From NCBI GenBank assembly GCA_029932605.1, contig JAOZPT010000026.1, forward strand, positions 1 to 33,651: a DNA stretch of 33,651 nucleotides. The letters run 5' to 3'. Below, piece by piece: positions 10,029 to 19,262 of this stretch. Each line of letters begins with the position of its first letter. Within the stretch, counting starts at the first letter, position 1. The notes under the pieces are model-generated. The model did no database searches and was not told the origin of the DNA. It saw nothing but the letters and a program-made list of their open reading frames with translations. The stretch comes from Candidatus Zixiibacteriota bacterium. GTDB lineage: Bacteria > Zixibacteria > MSB-5A5 > UBA10806 > 4484-95. The position numbers and the translations under genes are program-made.

Positions 10029-11378
10029 ATGAAGGCATTGTTAAAGATCGTTATTTTTGTAACCTTATTGTTTTCAATATGTTTTGGCCAGGGACTTAGA
10101 ATCTTCGATGATTTGCAGAATCTGATAATATCGGTATCTGAATCAGTCAAGCCGACTGTTGTCCACATAGAGGTAGTCAAGAAACAAAATACACAACGTT
10201 ACGAAACCCTTGGCTCGGGGCTTATTATCAGCAAAGACGGTTATATATTAACCAATGAGCATGTAGTAGATAATTATGTATCGGTTACAGTCACCCTTGA
10301 ATCGAAACTTGAGTATACCGCTGAAGTCATTGGTACTGACAAGCTTACCGACTTGGCCCTTATCAAGATCGAGGTGCCTGAAGGGGAGAATTTAAAGGTT
10401 GCTGAGTTAGGTAATTCCGATTCTGTTAAGGTTGGCGAATGGGTTATCTCTGTAGGTAATCCTTATGGTTTTGATCGCACCGTTTCATTTGGCATTATCT
10501 CCGGCAAGGGGCGTGTCTTAAACCTTCCCGACAATGCTCCATTGCTAAACGATTTTATTCAGACAGATGCTGCAATCGACCCGGGTTCTTCAGGTGGTCC
10601 TCTTGTTAACCTTCATGGCCAGGTTGTCGGTATAAACTCCATTGGTGTTGGACGCATGCAGGGATTCACCATTCCCATCAACATCGCTATCGATGTCAAG
10701 AATAAGTTGCTTGCTAACGGTACCATAGAAAGAGGTTATCTTGGGATAGTAACTCAACCACTTAATAGAAGTTTTGCCAGGTTTTATAATAAGCCTGATC
10801 TTGAAGGAATAATTGTTGCTGATGTTTTCCCCGGATATGCCGCCGATGAGGCTGGTATTGAACCGGGAGATATCATTTTATCTTACGATGGTGAGCATGT
10901 AGCCGCCGAAAACGATGATGATTTAAACAAGTTTACCCTTACGGTTGCTCAGTCTAATGTCAATGAGAAGAAACTTGTAGAGATTTATCGAGATGGTAAA
11001 ATCATATCTCTTGAGGTCGAGATAGGGCAGAAGCCAAAAGTCAAGGCTGATGAGTATGAGACTGATTTTGATTTCACAGTGGAGGAAATCACCGACCGCA
11101 TGTTTTACCGCTACATGCTTGAAACTAAAGATGGTGTCTATGTGAAATACGTAGAGATCGGCTCTTCAGCAGACAAGGGTGGTTTGATGGCTGGGGATAT
11201 CATTACTAAAGTCGGGGATAAAAGAATTAATACCTTAGATGATTTCAAACAAACCATGAAAGCGATAGACAATCCTGATTTTATAATGTTGAGAGTTTTA
11301 CGCGGTAAAACTTATGCCTTTGCTTTGTTGGATTTCACAGAGAAGGAGAATAGCTCAACAAAAGAGCACATGGATTGA
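10029..11378 (+). CDS. HtrA/DegP-family serine protease with two PDZ domains (atypical IDPGSSGG active-site loop)
   Basis: Signal peptide, GSGL, TNEHV, TDLALI, IQTDAAIDPGSSGGPL, PDZ domains. Confidence 0.9.
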   Translation: MKALLKIVIFVTLLFSICFGQGLRIFDDLQNLIISVSESVKPTVVHIEVVKKQNTQRYETLGSGLIISKDGYILTNEHVVDNYVSVTVTLESKLEYTAEVIGTDKLTDLALIKIEVPEGENLKVAELGNSDSVKVGEWVISVGNPYGFDRTVSFGIISGKGRVLNLPDNAPLLNDFIQTDAAIDPGSSGGPLVNLHGQVVGINSIGVGRMQGFTIPINIAIDVKNKLLANGTIERGYLGIVTQPLNRSFARFYNKPDLEGIIVADVFPGYAADEAGIEPGDIILSYDGEHVAAENDDDLNKFTLTVAQSNVNEKKLVEIYRDGKIISLEVEIGQKPKVKADEYETDFDFTVEEITDRMFYRYMLETKDGVYVKYVEIGSSADKGGLMAGDIITKVGDKRINTLDDFKQTMKAIDNPDFIMLRVLRGKTYAFALLDFTEKENSSTKEHMD

Positions 11379-11714
11379 CCTCATGTATGGAAAATTCTTC
11401 TTTTTAAGGCTAAATAGAGCCTAATCGATAAAGTTGTTTTCTCAGTGTTTGTCATTTACCAGGGTTGTTGCAACGAGAGTTGTATGATTTGTTAACATGC
11501 TAATAGTCGAGGTTTTCAGTCTCTTGGCCGGGTTGTAAGACCTTACCCGTTAAAACTGATTTCTGTAATTTGAAAAGCAAAATATTGATATTGTCAACGA
11601 ATACTGGATGGTTAGAGAGACTGGGGTATATATGCAGATTTTTCTTGGTGAAAGCTTACTTTCAATTTTCTGTTTTAGTTGAAATTATATTAAATTTCGA
11701 CTGGTCGAGGATAC

Positions 11715-11743
11715 TTGTCAATTAAATTAAGGTTGTTTATTAT
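11715..11743 (+). promoter_or_regulatory. Putative sigma-70 promoter for the acyl-CoA thioesterase
   Basis: TTGTCA, 17 bp spacer, TATTAT. Confidence 0.4.
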
Positions 11744-11859
11744 ATGTGATAATTGTATCTTAGCTGGAGTTTTGATGGCCTATTTTTTAGGTCGTAGGTA
11801 TGATGGAGGTGTGAGAAGAATAAAAGGTATTTAATCAGTTAATTTGCTTATAGGGAATT

Positions 11860-12366
11860 ATGGATACTGATTCAAAAGGGACATCGTTTAAAGGCAAGGT
11901 ATCTTCGGAGTCTGAAGTTGAAATGACCGAGCTGGTGCTTCCCAACGATGCTAATGTTCTGGGCAATGTTTTGGGTGGACGGGTGATGCACTGGATCGAC
12001 TTGGCGGCTGCAATTGCTGCTCACCGTCACTGCAATTCAATATGTGTTACCGCTGCTATTGAGGGTTTATCGTTTCTTAACCCTATCAAAGTAGGTCAGC
12101 TGGCACATCTGAAAGCACGCGTTATCTGCACAGGAAAAACCTCGCTCATAGTTAAGGTTGTTGTTTATTCTGAGGATATGAATACCGGTGCGCGGAAGAA
12201 AACCTCTGAAGCTTATCTTACATTTGTAAATCTGGATAAGGATGGTAACCCCAAAGACGTACCCCCTCTTTTGGTTCAAACTGAAGAGGAAAAAGCTGAT
12301 TGTATGAGGGCTCGGGAAATAAAGAATAGAAGAGTAAGTAAAAAGGATACAGGGGAAATCGAGTAA
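11860..12366 (+). CDS. Acyl-CoA thioesterase (YciA-like hotdog fold)
   Basis: VLPNDANVLGNVLGGRVMHWIDLAA, CVTA, FLNPIKVG, GKTS, AYLTFV. Confidence 0.9.
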   Translation: MDTDSKGTSFKGKVSSESEVEMTELVLPNDANVLGNVLGGRVMHWIDLAAAIAAHRHCNSICVTAAIEGLSFLNPIKVGQLAHLKARVICTGKTSLIVKVVVYSEDMNTGARKKTSEAYLTFVNLDKDGNPKDVPPLLVQTEEEKADCMRAREIKNRRVSKKDTGEIE

Positions 12367-12559
12367 GACGATACTTATCGAGATTGTTTACATTCACTAT
12401 AAATGGATAAGACCATTAGGCCATTATGAATGGTAATCTTGTATATAGGGGATTTATATGGTCTGTAGAATCAATTTGAAGTAACTGCAAATAAATAAAG
12501 TACATGGTTGTGTAGAACTGTATGTTTTCATTAAAGATTGCGAGTAAGAGGGAATGAAT

Positions 12560-13957
12560 ATGGCTGAAAGGTTTAAACTTGCGGTGATAGGGGCTGGTCC
12601 GGGTGGTTATGTGTCTGCCATTCGAGCCGGTCAACTCGGTATTAAGACCGTCATTGTCGAAAAAGAATATTTTGGTGGAGTCTGTCTCAATTGGGGATGT
12701 ATCCCCTCCAAGGCGCTGTTGTATGTGACCGAATTGAAAAGGACACTGGAAAACTCCGGAAGGCTCGGTCTTAAAGCCGACAACATCGATATAGATATTG
12801 AAAAACTGAAAAAACATAAGAACGATACCATCAAGCGCTTAACAAGTGGGGTTAAAATTCTGCTTGATAAAGCTGGTGTTAAACGCTACAGTGGCCAGGC
12901 CTCATTTATCTCCAAAAATGAAATAGAAATCACCAATGGGGATGATAAGACCAGGATTGAATCTGATTACTTCATCGTTGCTACCGGTTCATCACCCATT
13001 GAACTGCCCATGATAAAAACCGATGGTAAAGTGGTAATTGGTGCTAAAGAGGCTATAGCAGTCCCACGGGTGCCACAAAGACTGGGGGTTATAGGTGCCG
13101 GTCCTATAGGGGTTGAGATGGCAACCGTTTATAACACTCTCGGCTCAAAAGTTACTATTATAGAACTACTTGATGCTGTATTACCGATGCTTGATGTAGA
13201 TATCTCATTAGCCTCTAAACGTGCTCTTGAAAAACAGGGTATGGCTATATACTTATCATCGAAAGTTATCTCCTCTAAAGTAAACGGTGATACGGTTGAG
13301 ATAGAAGTGGAAACTTCTGACGGTAAGAAAATTTTTACTTTTGACATGGTTCTGGTGGCAGCCGGTATGAAACCGAACTCAAGAGGTTTAAATCTTGAAA
13401 AGATAGGTGTCGCAACGGACCCGAAGGGGTTCATTATTGTTAATAAAACGATGCGAACAAATGTAGACAACATCTTTGCTATTGGTGACGTAACGGGAGG
13501 CTTGCTTTTAGCCCATAAAGCCTCACATGAAGGGATAGTGGCCGCTGAAGCTATCGGTGACAAAACCGTATCGGTTGATTGGAAAAATGTGCCATATGCA
13601 GTTTTTACCGATCCCGAAATTGCAGGCATCGGCCTTACCGAGAAAGAGGCTGAAAATTCCGGCAGAGATATCAAAATAGGCAAATTCCCCTACCGGGCTA
13701 GCGGTAAGGCTGTTGCTACGCTTGCCACTGAGGGTTTTGTAAAGGTCATCGCCGATGCAAAGACCGATGGGGTGCTCGGTATTCATATATTCGGACCACA
13801 TTCAGGAGATATTATCATGGCCGGCACAACCCTGATGAATTTCGATGGCACCGCTGAAGATTTAGGGCATATTATGGCTATTCATCCAACCCTGTCCGAG
13901 GCGATGATGGAAGCGGGTTTGAGTGCCAATAAGAAAGCGATACATATAGTAAATTAG
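12560..13957 (+). CDS. lpdA: Dihydrolipoamide dehydrogenase
   Basis: GAGPGGY, GGVCLNWGCIPSK redox disulfide, GAGPIGVE, FAIGD, LAHKA, HPTLSE. ATG 12560 fits the RBS spacing better than 12554. Confidence 0.95.
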   Translation: MAERFKLAVIGAGPGGYVSAIRAGQLGIKTVIVEKEYFGGVCLNWGCIPSKALLYVTELKRTLENSGRLGLKADNIDIDIEKLKKHKNDTIKRLTSGVKILLDKAGVKRYSGQASFISKNEIEITNGDDKTRIESDYFIVATGSSPIELPMIKTDGKVVIGAKEAIAVPRVPQRLGVIGAGPIGVEMATVYNTLGSKVTIIELLDAVLPMLDVDISLASKRALEKQGMAIYLSSKVISSKVNGDTVEIEVETSDGKKIFTFDMVLVAAGMKPNSRGLNLEKIGVATDPKGFIIVNKTMRTNVDNIFAIGDVTGGLLLAHKASHEGIVAAEAIGDKTVSVDWKNVPYAVFTDPEIAGIGLTEKEAENSGRDIKIGKFPYRASGKAVATLATEGFVKVIADAKTDGVLGIHIFGPHSGDIIMAGTTLMNFDGTAEDLGHIMAIHPTLSEAMMEAGLSANKKAIHIVN

Positions 13958-13961
13958 CACT

Positions 13962-14122
13962 AATAATTCATAAACGTATTTTGACATTTAAATAAAAGGT
14001 TGCTAATTCATTGAACTTGCGGATCGTTTTTAAGTTGTCTGAAAGGATTTAGTTGTCGGCAATGTAGCACTCCTAATCCTGCCCGGTGTGATTTTTGGGT
14101 AAGATGCACAAGCCACTTCTTA
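13962..14122. repeat. Diverged direct repeat, copy A (structured core 14056-14121)
   Basis: Aligns with 18243-18442. Core identity is 52/66 nt by manual count. Confidence 0.85.
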
Positions 14123-14326
14123 AATGAAAAAAGCTTACGTATAGTACAAGCCAGTTGATTAAAATAGATAACGAGAATTGTTATAAGCTTTTAGAGATTA
14201 CCCTATTGACCGTATCAAACATCCTGTCAGTTCGTAGCCATTAAGACGTGACAAGAATAGTATAACAATATTATTGCGTCGGGTCACGTTGCATTCTACC
14301 TCACTCAACAAGTATAGATTCAGCGA

Positions 14327-14380
14327 AATGACACTATCTTGTGTCATTGCAAATTCGTTGCAGATGGATGAAGCAATCTC
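14327..14380. repeat. Degenerate GTCATTGC...GAAGCAATC palindromic (REP/RPE-like) element
   Basis: AATGACAC-tatctt-GTGTCATT hairpin followed by GTCATTGC...GAAGCAATCTC. Confidence 0.4.
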
Positions 14381-14597
14381 GGAAAACATAAAACATTTTT
14401 TTGTGCTTAGGTTAAAGGCTGGATAAAATTTTTAGTCTCTTAAAAATAAAAAATTATAGCTTTACCTGAATACCACCTGCCTTTTTTGGGTCTAATTTTG
14501 ATTATTGATAATGGCTTTTTGTCACGTGGAATAGTTATACCGTTATATGTATTTTCATGAAAAGTTAACCTCAGTCGAATGTTAAGATTTTAAGAGA

Positions 14598-16601
14598 TTA
14601 TTTTACTGTTTCTAACTGTTTAGCGCTATCTAAGGTTTTTAAACTAAGTTGACCGCCATCAACAAATAATTGAAACCATAACTCGATGTTTATCATAGGC
14701 CATAAAAGGACTTCTCTTTTAAGCGAAGGTGTCAGAAATCTTCGATTTGATTGCAAGAAGGCTTTAACTTTTTCTGAATTATAAATGTCCCGTTCCGCCA
14801 GTTTCTGGGGGGTTACAAAACTGTTGGCAAATCCAGAAAGTTTACCATTGAACCAGATATCGACCGGCGTTGGGAAACCTCTTTTATCGGTTCTTTTCTT
14901 TATGGCATTTGGTAACACATGGTCGATAGCTTTCCTGAACACGTACTTTGTTTGCATACCTTTAAGCTTGATCTGGGGAGGTATTTTAAAGCAAAATTCG
15001 ACTATTCTATAATCAAGCAGTGGAACTCGTGATTCCAATGACCAAGCCATGCTGGCACAGTCTTCAACCTGGAGCAACCCCACGAGGTAGTTTGTAACAT
15101 CATACCACGACATCTTGTTTATAAGTGACGAGCTTTCAATTTCGTTGAACCTTCTGACGGCTTCTTCGATCGGGGAGTAATGTTTCATCGCTTTCGCCAG
15201 TTCGCCTGTAAAGAATTTTTCGAAACCGAATAAGTTAGCTGATGTGATAACGTATCTGTGAGCAAGGTCACTTAAACGACGTTTCAATGCCCAACCGGCC
15301 AATCCTGTGGCACGGTAATTGTTGATGTAATGCCTAACCAGTTGCCATATGTTATAACCATCGATATATCGATCTCCTGTTCCAAATAGAAACTTGTTTT
15401 CGATAAGCGTTCGAATATATCTTGGATAGCCTAAAAATAATTCATCTCCGCCCTGACCGCCTAATACGACTTTTAATTTCGAACCGGCGATTTTCGAGAC
15501 CATATACTGGGGGAATATTCCCGGGCCAACCACCGGTATGTCGAGATGCCAGGCAATTCTGGCAATGTGGTCGATTAAGTCGTCAGCTGTGGGCGTAATC
15601 ATAAAAACTTTCGATTTTATCTCATCTGCAACAGCAATAGCATAAGCTGACTCATCATATAATTCCCCCTCGTTGAATTTGCCCGTGAATGTATAAAGCT
15701 CTGTATCATAAAGTTTCGAGACAATGCTTGCTATTGCCGATGAATCCACTCCTCCTGAGAGATGTGCCCCGATCTGCACATCGCTTCGCATATGTATCTT
15801 AACAGCATCTTCTATCAAATATCGAAGATTTTCAACAGCCTGCCTTTCGCTCATAGTATAATCCGGTTCGAGATCCGGTTTCCAGTAGCGGTTTATCAGT
15901 AGCCCACCTTTACCGAGCGTTAATGTAAATCCCGGTTGAAGGCTTTTAATTTTTTTGAAGAATGTCGTATCTCTGGTAGTATATAAGAATGTCAGATAAT
16001 CAGCCATTCCAATATAGTCTATCTCCCTGTTAATGTCATTATGGCTTAAAATGGATTTTATCTCCGAGGCGAATATGAACTTGGTGCTATCGTAATAGTA
16101 GTAAAATGGTTTTATGCCAAGTCTATCGCGGGCGCAGAAGAGGGTATTTCTGTCCGAATCGTATATCACAAAGGCGAACATACCGTTTAGATATTTAACG
16201 CAATCGTGACCGTATATCTTATAGGCATTCAGAATAACCTCGGTATCGCTGGCGGTGTTAAAATAGCAACCCTTTTTATATAGCTCATCTTTTATCTCGA
16301 TATAATTATAGATCTCGCCATTGAAGACGATCGTATATCTGCCGGAAATATCGGTCATCGGCTGACTTCCCGTGGAGAGATCGATTATGGATAAACGGGC
16401 ATGGCCTAAAAAAAGGTCTCCGAAATCCTCTACCTTTGAATTTAATCCATGTAGATAATGCCTTTCTCTGACTTTGGTATCGATAAATATCAGGTTTTGC
16501 TCATCGGGTCCGCGATGAGTCAAAAGCTGAACCATCATTTTTGAACTATCATAGCTAACAGTATCACCGTTGAGATTTATTCTACCAACAATTCCACACA
16601 T
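14598..16601 (-). CDS. asnB: Glutamine-hydrolysing asparagine synthase family amidotransferase (probably polysaccharide-modifying)
   Basis: MCGI N-terminal nucleophile, HRGPD, RLSIIDL, FNGEIYN, ARDRLGIKP, LSGGVDSS, GQGGDELF, RVPLLD. Confidence 0.92.
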   Translation of the reverse strand: MCGIVGRINLNGDTVSYDSSKMMVQLLTHRGPDEQNLIFIDTKVRERHYLHGLNSKVEDFGDLFLGHARLSIIDLSTGSQPMTDISGRYTIVFNGEIYNYIEIKDELYKKGCYFNTASDTEVILNAYKIYGHDCVKYLNGMFAFVIYDSDRNTLFCARDRLGIKPFYYYYDSTKFIFASEIKSILSHNDINREIDYIGMADYLTFLYTTRDTTFFKKIKSLQPGFTLTLGKGGLLINRYWKPDLEPDYTMSERQAVENLRYLIEDAVKIHMRSDVQIGAHLSGGVDSSAIASIVSKLYDTELYTFTGKFNEGELYDESAYAIAVADEIKSKVFMITPTADDLIDHIARIAWHLDIPVVGPGIFPQYMVSKIAGSKLKVVLGGQGGDELFLGYPRYIRTLIENKFLFGTGDRYIDGYNIWQLVRHYINNYRATGLAGWALKRRLSDLAHRYVITSANLFGFEKFFTGELAKAMKHYSPIEEAVRRFNEIESSSLINKMSWYDVTNYLVGLLQVEDCASMAWSLESRVPLLDYRIVEFCFKIPPQIKLKGMQTKYVFRKAIDHVLPNAIKKRTDKRGFPTPVDIWFNGKLSGFANSFVTPQKLAERDIYNSEKVKAFLQSNRRFLTPSLKREVLLWPMINIELWFQLFVDGGQLSLKTLDSAKQLETVK

Positions 16602-18073
16602 TCTTCCTTCTCTGATATTTTTTGTATCTTTTTTGGTTTAAAAATCTGTTTTATGGTTTGCCTGTATGTCTTGTCGATGAAACCCGACAATACCAACAAA
16701 GCTGGAAATGTTAAGAATATGAACGCCTTTATACCAAGAAAATAGATGCTGTTAAATGATGATAGTCGGGTGCCTATGGTTATTACCGCTACTGAAGGTA
16801 TTGCCAGACGGATTAACCTTCTCCATTCAATAACCAGGTAACCTGCCTGTCGCGAGAATAGGAACATTGAAACTGCCATTATGAGATATGTGGCCGTTGT
16901 CACCCAGGCTGTCCCCACAAAACCATACTTTGGGGTAACGATATTGTTTAATGCTATATTAACAATAACCGCAGCGGTAATGGGTGGAATTATCCTTTTG
17001 GTTGTTTTCGATATCACAACTCCGGTAGTAAAGAAATAGAACAAACCATACAAAAACATTCCCAGGGACAGAGGTAATATAACCTTGGCCGCAGAATAAA
17101 AATCGGGTGTTGTGGCGATTTGAATAAGTGGCTCGGCAAACATTGTTAAGAATAGAACCAGACATATTCCAAAGGCGGCGAATACGTTGAACACCTGACT
17201 GAACATCTTACCGGAGTTTTTGGAATTCATATTGGAGAAGGCGAAATGTGGCCAGGCAAGCTGGAAAGCTATCGTGGAAAGAGTTATAAGAACAACGAAT
17301 TTTGAACCTATTGAAAACAGGCCGATCTGGTCTAAAGAAAGATAATGAAGCATGAATACACGGTTCAAGCTGTTTATTCCCCAGATGGCTGCTCCGGCTG
17401 GAATCATTGGAATAGAGAATTTCAGCATCGATTTCAAAAGCCCGAAATCAAATTCAAGGCCGATATATCCTCTTGCCCAGTAGAAGCAAACTATCATGGG
17501 CAGGATGATTGATATTACTTTTGATATCATTATTCCAATAACGCCCCATTTTAGAAGAATAACGAAGACGAAAATCCCGACTAACAATATGCTGATCTGC
17601 AAGAAAGCGATGAAGGCATATTTACCAGGTTTATTCTCGATTCTTGTCAGGCTTAATGGTATGGTTATCGAGGCGTCAAGCAATATATATGCTCCTGCGA
17701 GTATAAAAAGATGGCTCAAATTGGGTGAATTTAAGACCGCCGAGGCTATACTCTTTGAGAATATAATAGCCAGTGTGAATATAATAGCCCCATTTACCAT
17801 TACTGAAAATGTAGCTGTGGAAATAACTTTCTTCTTAAAGCTAATAGAGTTTTCATCGAAGTAAAAACGGAACACCGCATTGAAAAGCTCAAGGATTGAG
17901 GCGACCGTTCCAATGGTTATAAAAATCATTAAAATATCAAGTATTCCAAAATCAGTGGGTAACAAGAAGCGTGCATAGATGGGTAAAAGCAAAAACTCAA
18001 TAAAAGTCCTTAAACTTCCCATCAAACCATATATGACAGTTCCTTTAAAAAGTGATTTGAAATGGTCAACCAT
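16577..18073 (-). CDS. Polysaccharide flippase (Wzx/MOP superfamily)
   Basis: ~14 hydrophobic segments, LLPIYARFLLPTDFG, LKFSIPMIP, IGLFSIGSK, YGFVGTAW. Overlaps the asnB start by 25 nt. ATG 18073 chosen; the ORF is open to 18181. Confidence 0.85.
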   Translation of the reverse strand: MVDHFKSLFKGTVIYGLMGSLRTFIEFLLLPIYARFLLPTDFGILDILMIFITIGTVASILELFNAVFRFYFDENSISFKKKVISTATFSVMVNGAIIFTLAIIFSKSIASAVLNSPNLSHLFILAGAYILLDASITIPLSLTRIENKPGKYAFIAFLQISILLVGIFVFVILLKWGVIGIMISKVISIILPMIVCFYWARGYIGLEFDFGLLKSMLKFSIPMIPAGAAIWGINSLNRVFMLHYLSLDQIGLFSIGSKFVVLITLSTIAFQLAWPHFAFSNMNSKNSGKMFSQVFNVFAAFGICLVLFLTMFAEPLIQIATTPDFYSAAKVILPLSLGMFLYGLFYFFTTGVVISKTTKRIIPPITAAVIVNIALNNIVTPKYGFVGTAWVTTATYLIMAVSMFLFSRQAGYLVIEWRRLIRLAIPSVAVITIGTRLSSFNSIYFLGIKAFIFLTFPALLVLSGFIDKTYRQTIKQIFKPKKIQKISEKEECVELLVE

Positions 18074-18242
18074 GGTATGTTTTTTAACTTTCCTATCCAA
18101 TATGCCCCTGGCAACTACATGTTTTTCAGTTAATAGTCTTATCGACAGAATGGGCGAAAATGTTACTTTATGAAACAGCAAGCGTTATTTATAAGCAACG
18201 ACAAACTAAACCTTAACTGTGATAATGAAATAGGTTAAATTA

Positions 18243-18442
18243 AATAGTCCATAAACATATTTTAACATTTAAGTAAAAAGATGCTAATTCGTTGAATTAT
18301 AATATATTATCGTTAAAGATGTAGAATCCATTAAAATTACGCATTCTTTTTGATTTGTCTAGAAGAATTTAATTATCGGCAATGTAGCAATCCAACTCCT
18401 GTCAGGAGTAATTCTAAGACAGGATGCCCAAGCCACTTCTTG
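18243..18442. repeat. Diverged direct repeat, copy B (39 bp longer; structured core 18376-18441)
   Basis: Aligns with 13962-14122. The offset shifts from 4281 to 4320 across an AT-rich insertion. Confidence 0.85.
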
Positions 18443-18446
18443 AAAT

Positions 18447-18471
18447 AAAAAAAGGCCGCCTTGTGGCGGCC
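18447..18471 (-). terminator. Rho-independent terminator of the lipoprotein gene/cyclase cluster
   Basis: GGCCGCC(18454-18460)/GGCGGCC(18465-18471) stem plus a 7-U tract on the minus strand. Confidence 0.8.
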
Positions 18472-18502
18472 CATTGTGCAGTGTGCATCCTCCTCGCTCA
18501 GG

Positions 18503-19087
18503 TTAATCGCTTATGGCATACTTGGAAAAATGGCTGATCTTAAATTTAACTACCCCGGAAACAACACTCTCGAAATCCTCCACAATCCATTTGTTAGTCA
18601 CTGGGTCTTTCCAATAGAGGTTTTTAACCCCATTATCATAATTGCTCAGAGGTTGTTTCAAAGTGATTGGCTCTTCGAAAACCAGGCCTGATGGCAAACA
18701 TATGTAGTAAAAAACAGGACCATTAACTGTGTTCCATTTTTCTGCAATAATTTCTATTTCACTGTCATCGTCGTCATCGATAGCGTCTTCAGGGAAACTG
18801 AACACTATCTCCTGGCCATCCAATATTAAACTTAGAGAGAAATCATCATCGTCAAATTCATGTCTTTTGGAGGAAGATGCAATTAGGTAAACGCTACCAT
18901 CTGGTTTGGCAAGGCCATCAGTACCTGCCTCTTTTGCCTGGTCCACTGAAAGGATTGCCTCTAAGTCATTGTTTTCAACATCGCTCATTAACGGGGACTT
19001 AAGCGAACAACCCGATAAAAATAAAGCTACAACCAGCACTGTAATACCGCTTAATCCTAACAGAACTTTTATCATTCGCTTTCCCAT
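18503..19087 (-). CDS. Lipoprotein with ZU5-like beta domain ending in an HFS motif
   Basis: ATG 19087 follows GGGGAGG. Lipobox LSGC. Pattern FPEDAI...PSGLVFEEPITL...LYW...W...ISHFSKYAI. Confidence 0.7.
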   Translation of the reverse strand: MGKRMIKVLLGLSGITVLVVALFLSGCSLKSPLMSDVENNDLEAILSVDQAKEAGTDGLAKPDGSVYLIASSSKRHEFDDDDFSLSLILDGQEIVFSFPEDAIDDDDDSEIEIIAEKWNTVNGPVFYYICLPSGLVFEEPITLKQPLSNYDNGVKNLYWKDPVTNKWIVEDFESVVSGVVKFKISHFSKYAISD

Positions 19088-19262
19088 TTTTTCCTCCCCC
19101 TTTGAGGTTGTCATTTTTTCATTTTTCTGGTTAATTTGTATGCACAATATCTGCCGACTGTTTATTTTTTTGACATCCAGCAGTAACCTACTGTGAGACA
19201 TGCAGTTGTAGATTTTTTATGTGCCTTTCCAAGGGCGTGAGATGATAAAAATTATCGGAACG

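Noticed and set aside
14056..14121. c-di-GMP-I/II or fluoride riboswitch, integron attC, or CRISPR repeat identity for the repeat core
   Set aside because: Only short partial word matches (GGCAA, GATGC..AAGCC, TTGGGCA). The second stem/pseudoknot and RYYYAAC/GTTRRRY ends are missing, and there are only two copies 4.3 kb apart with no cas or integrase gene.
18373..18474. 33-aa minus-strand ORF (MGRHKAAFFYFKKWLGH...) running through repeat copy B
   Set aside because: The SD is ~14 nt from the ATG and the ORF crosses a terminator. Copy A has no start codon in that frame, and the differences between copies are mostly non-synonymous.
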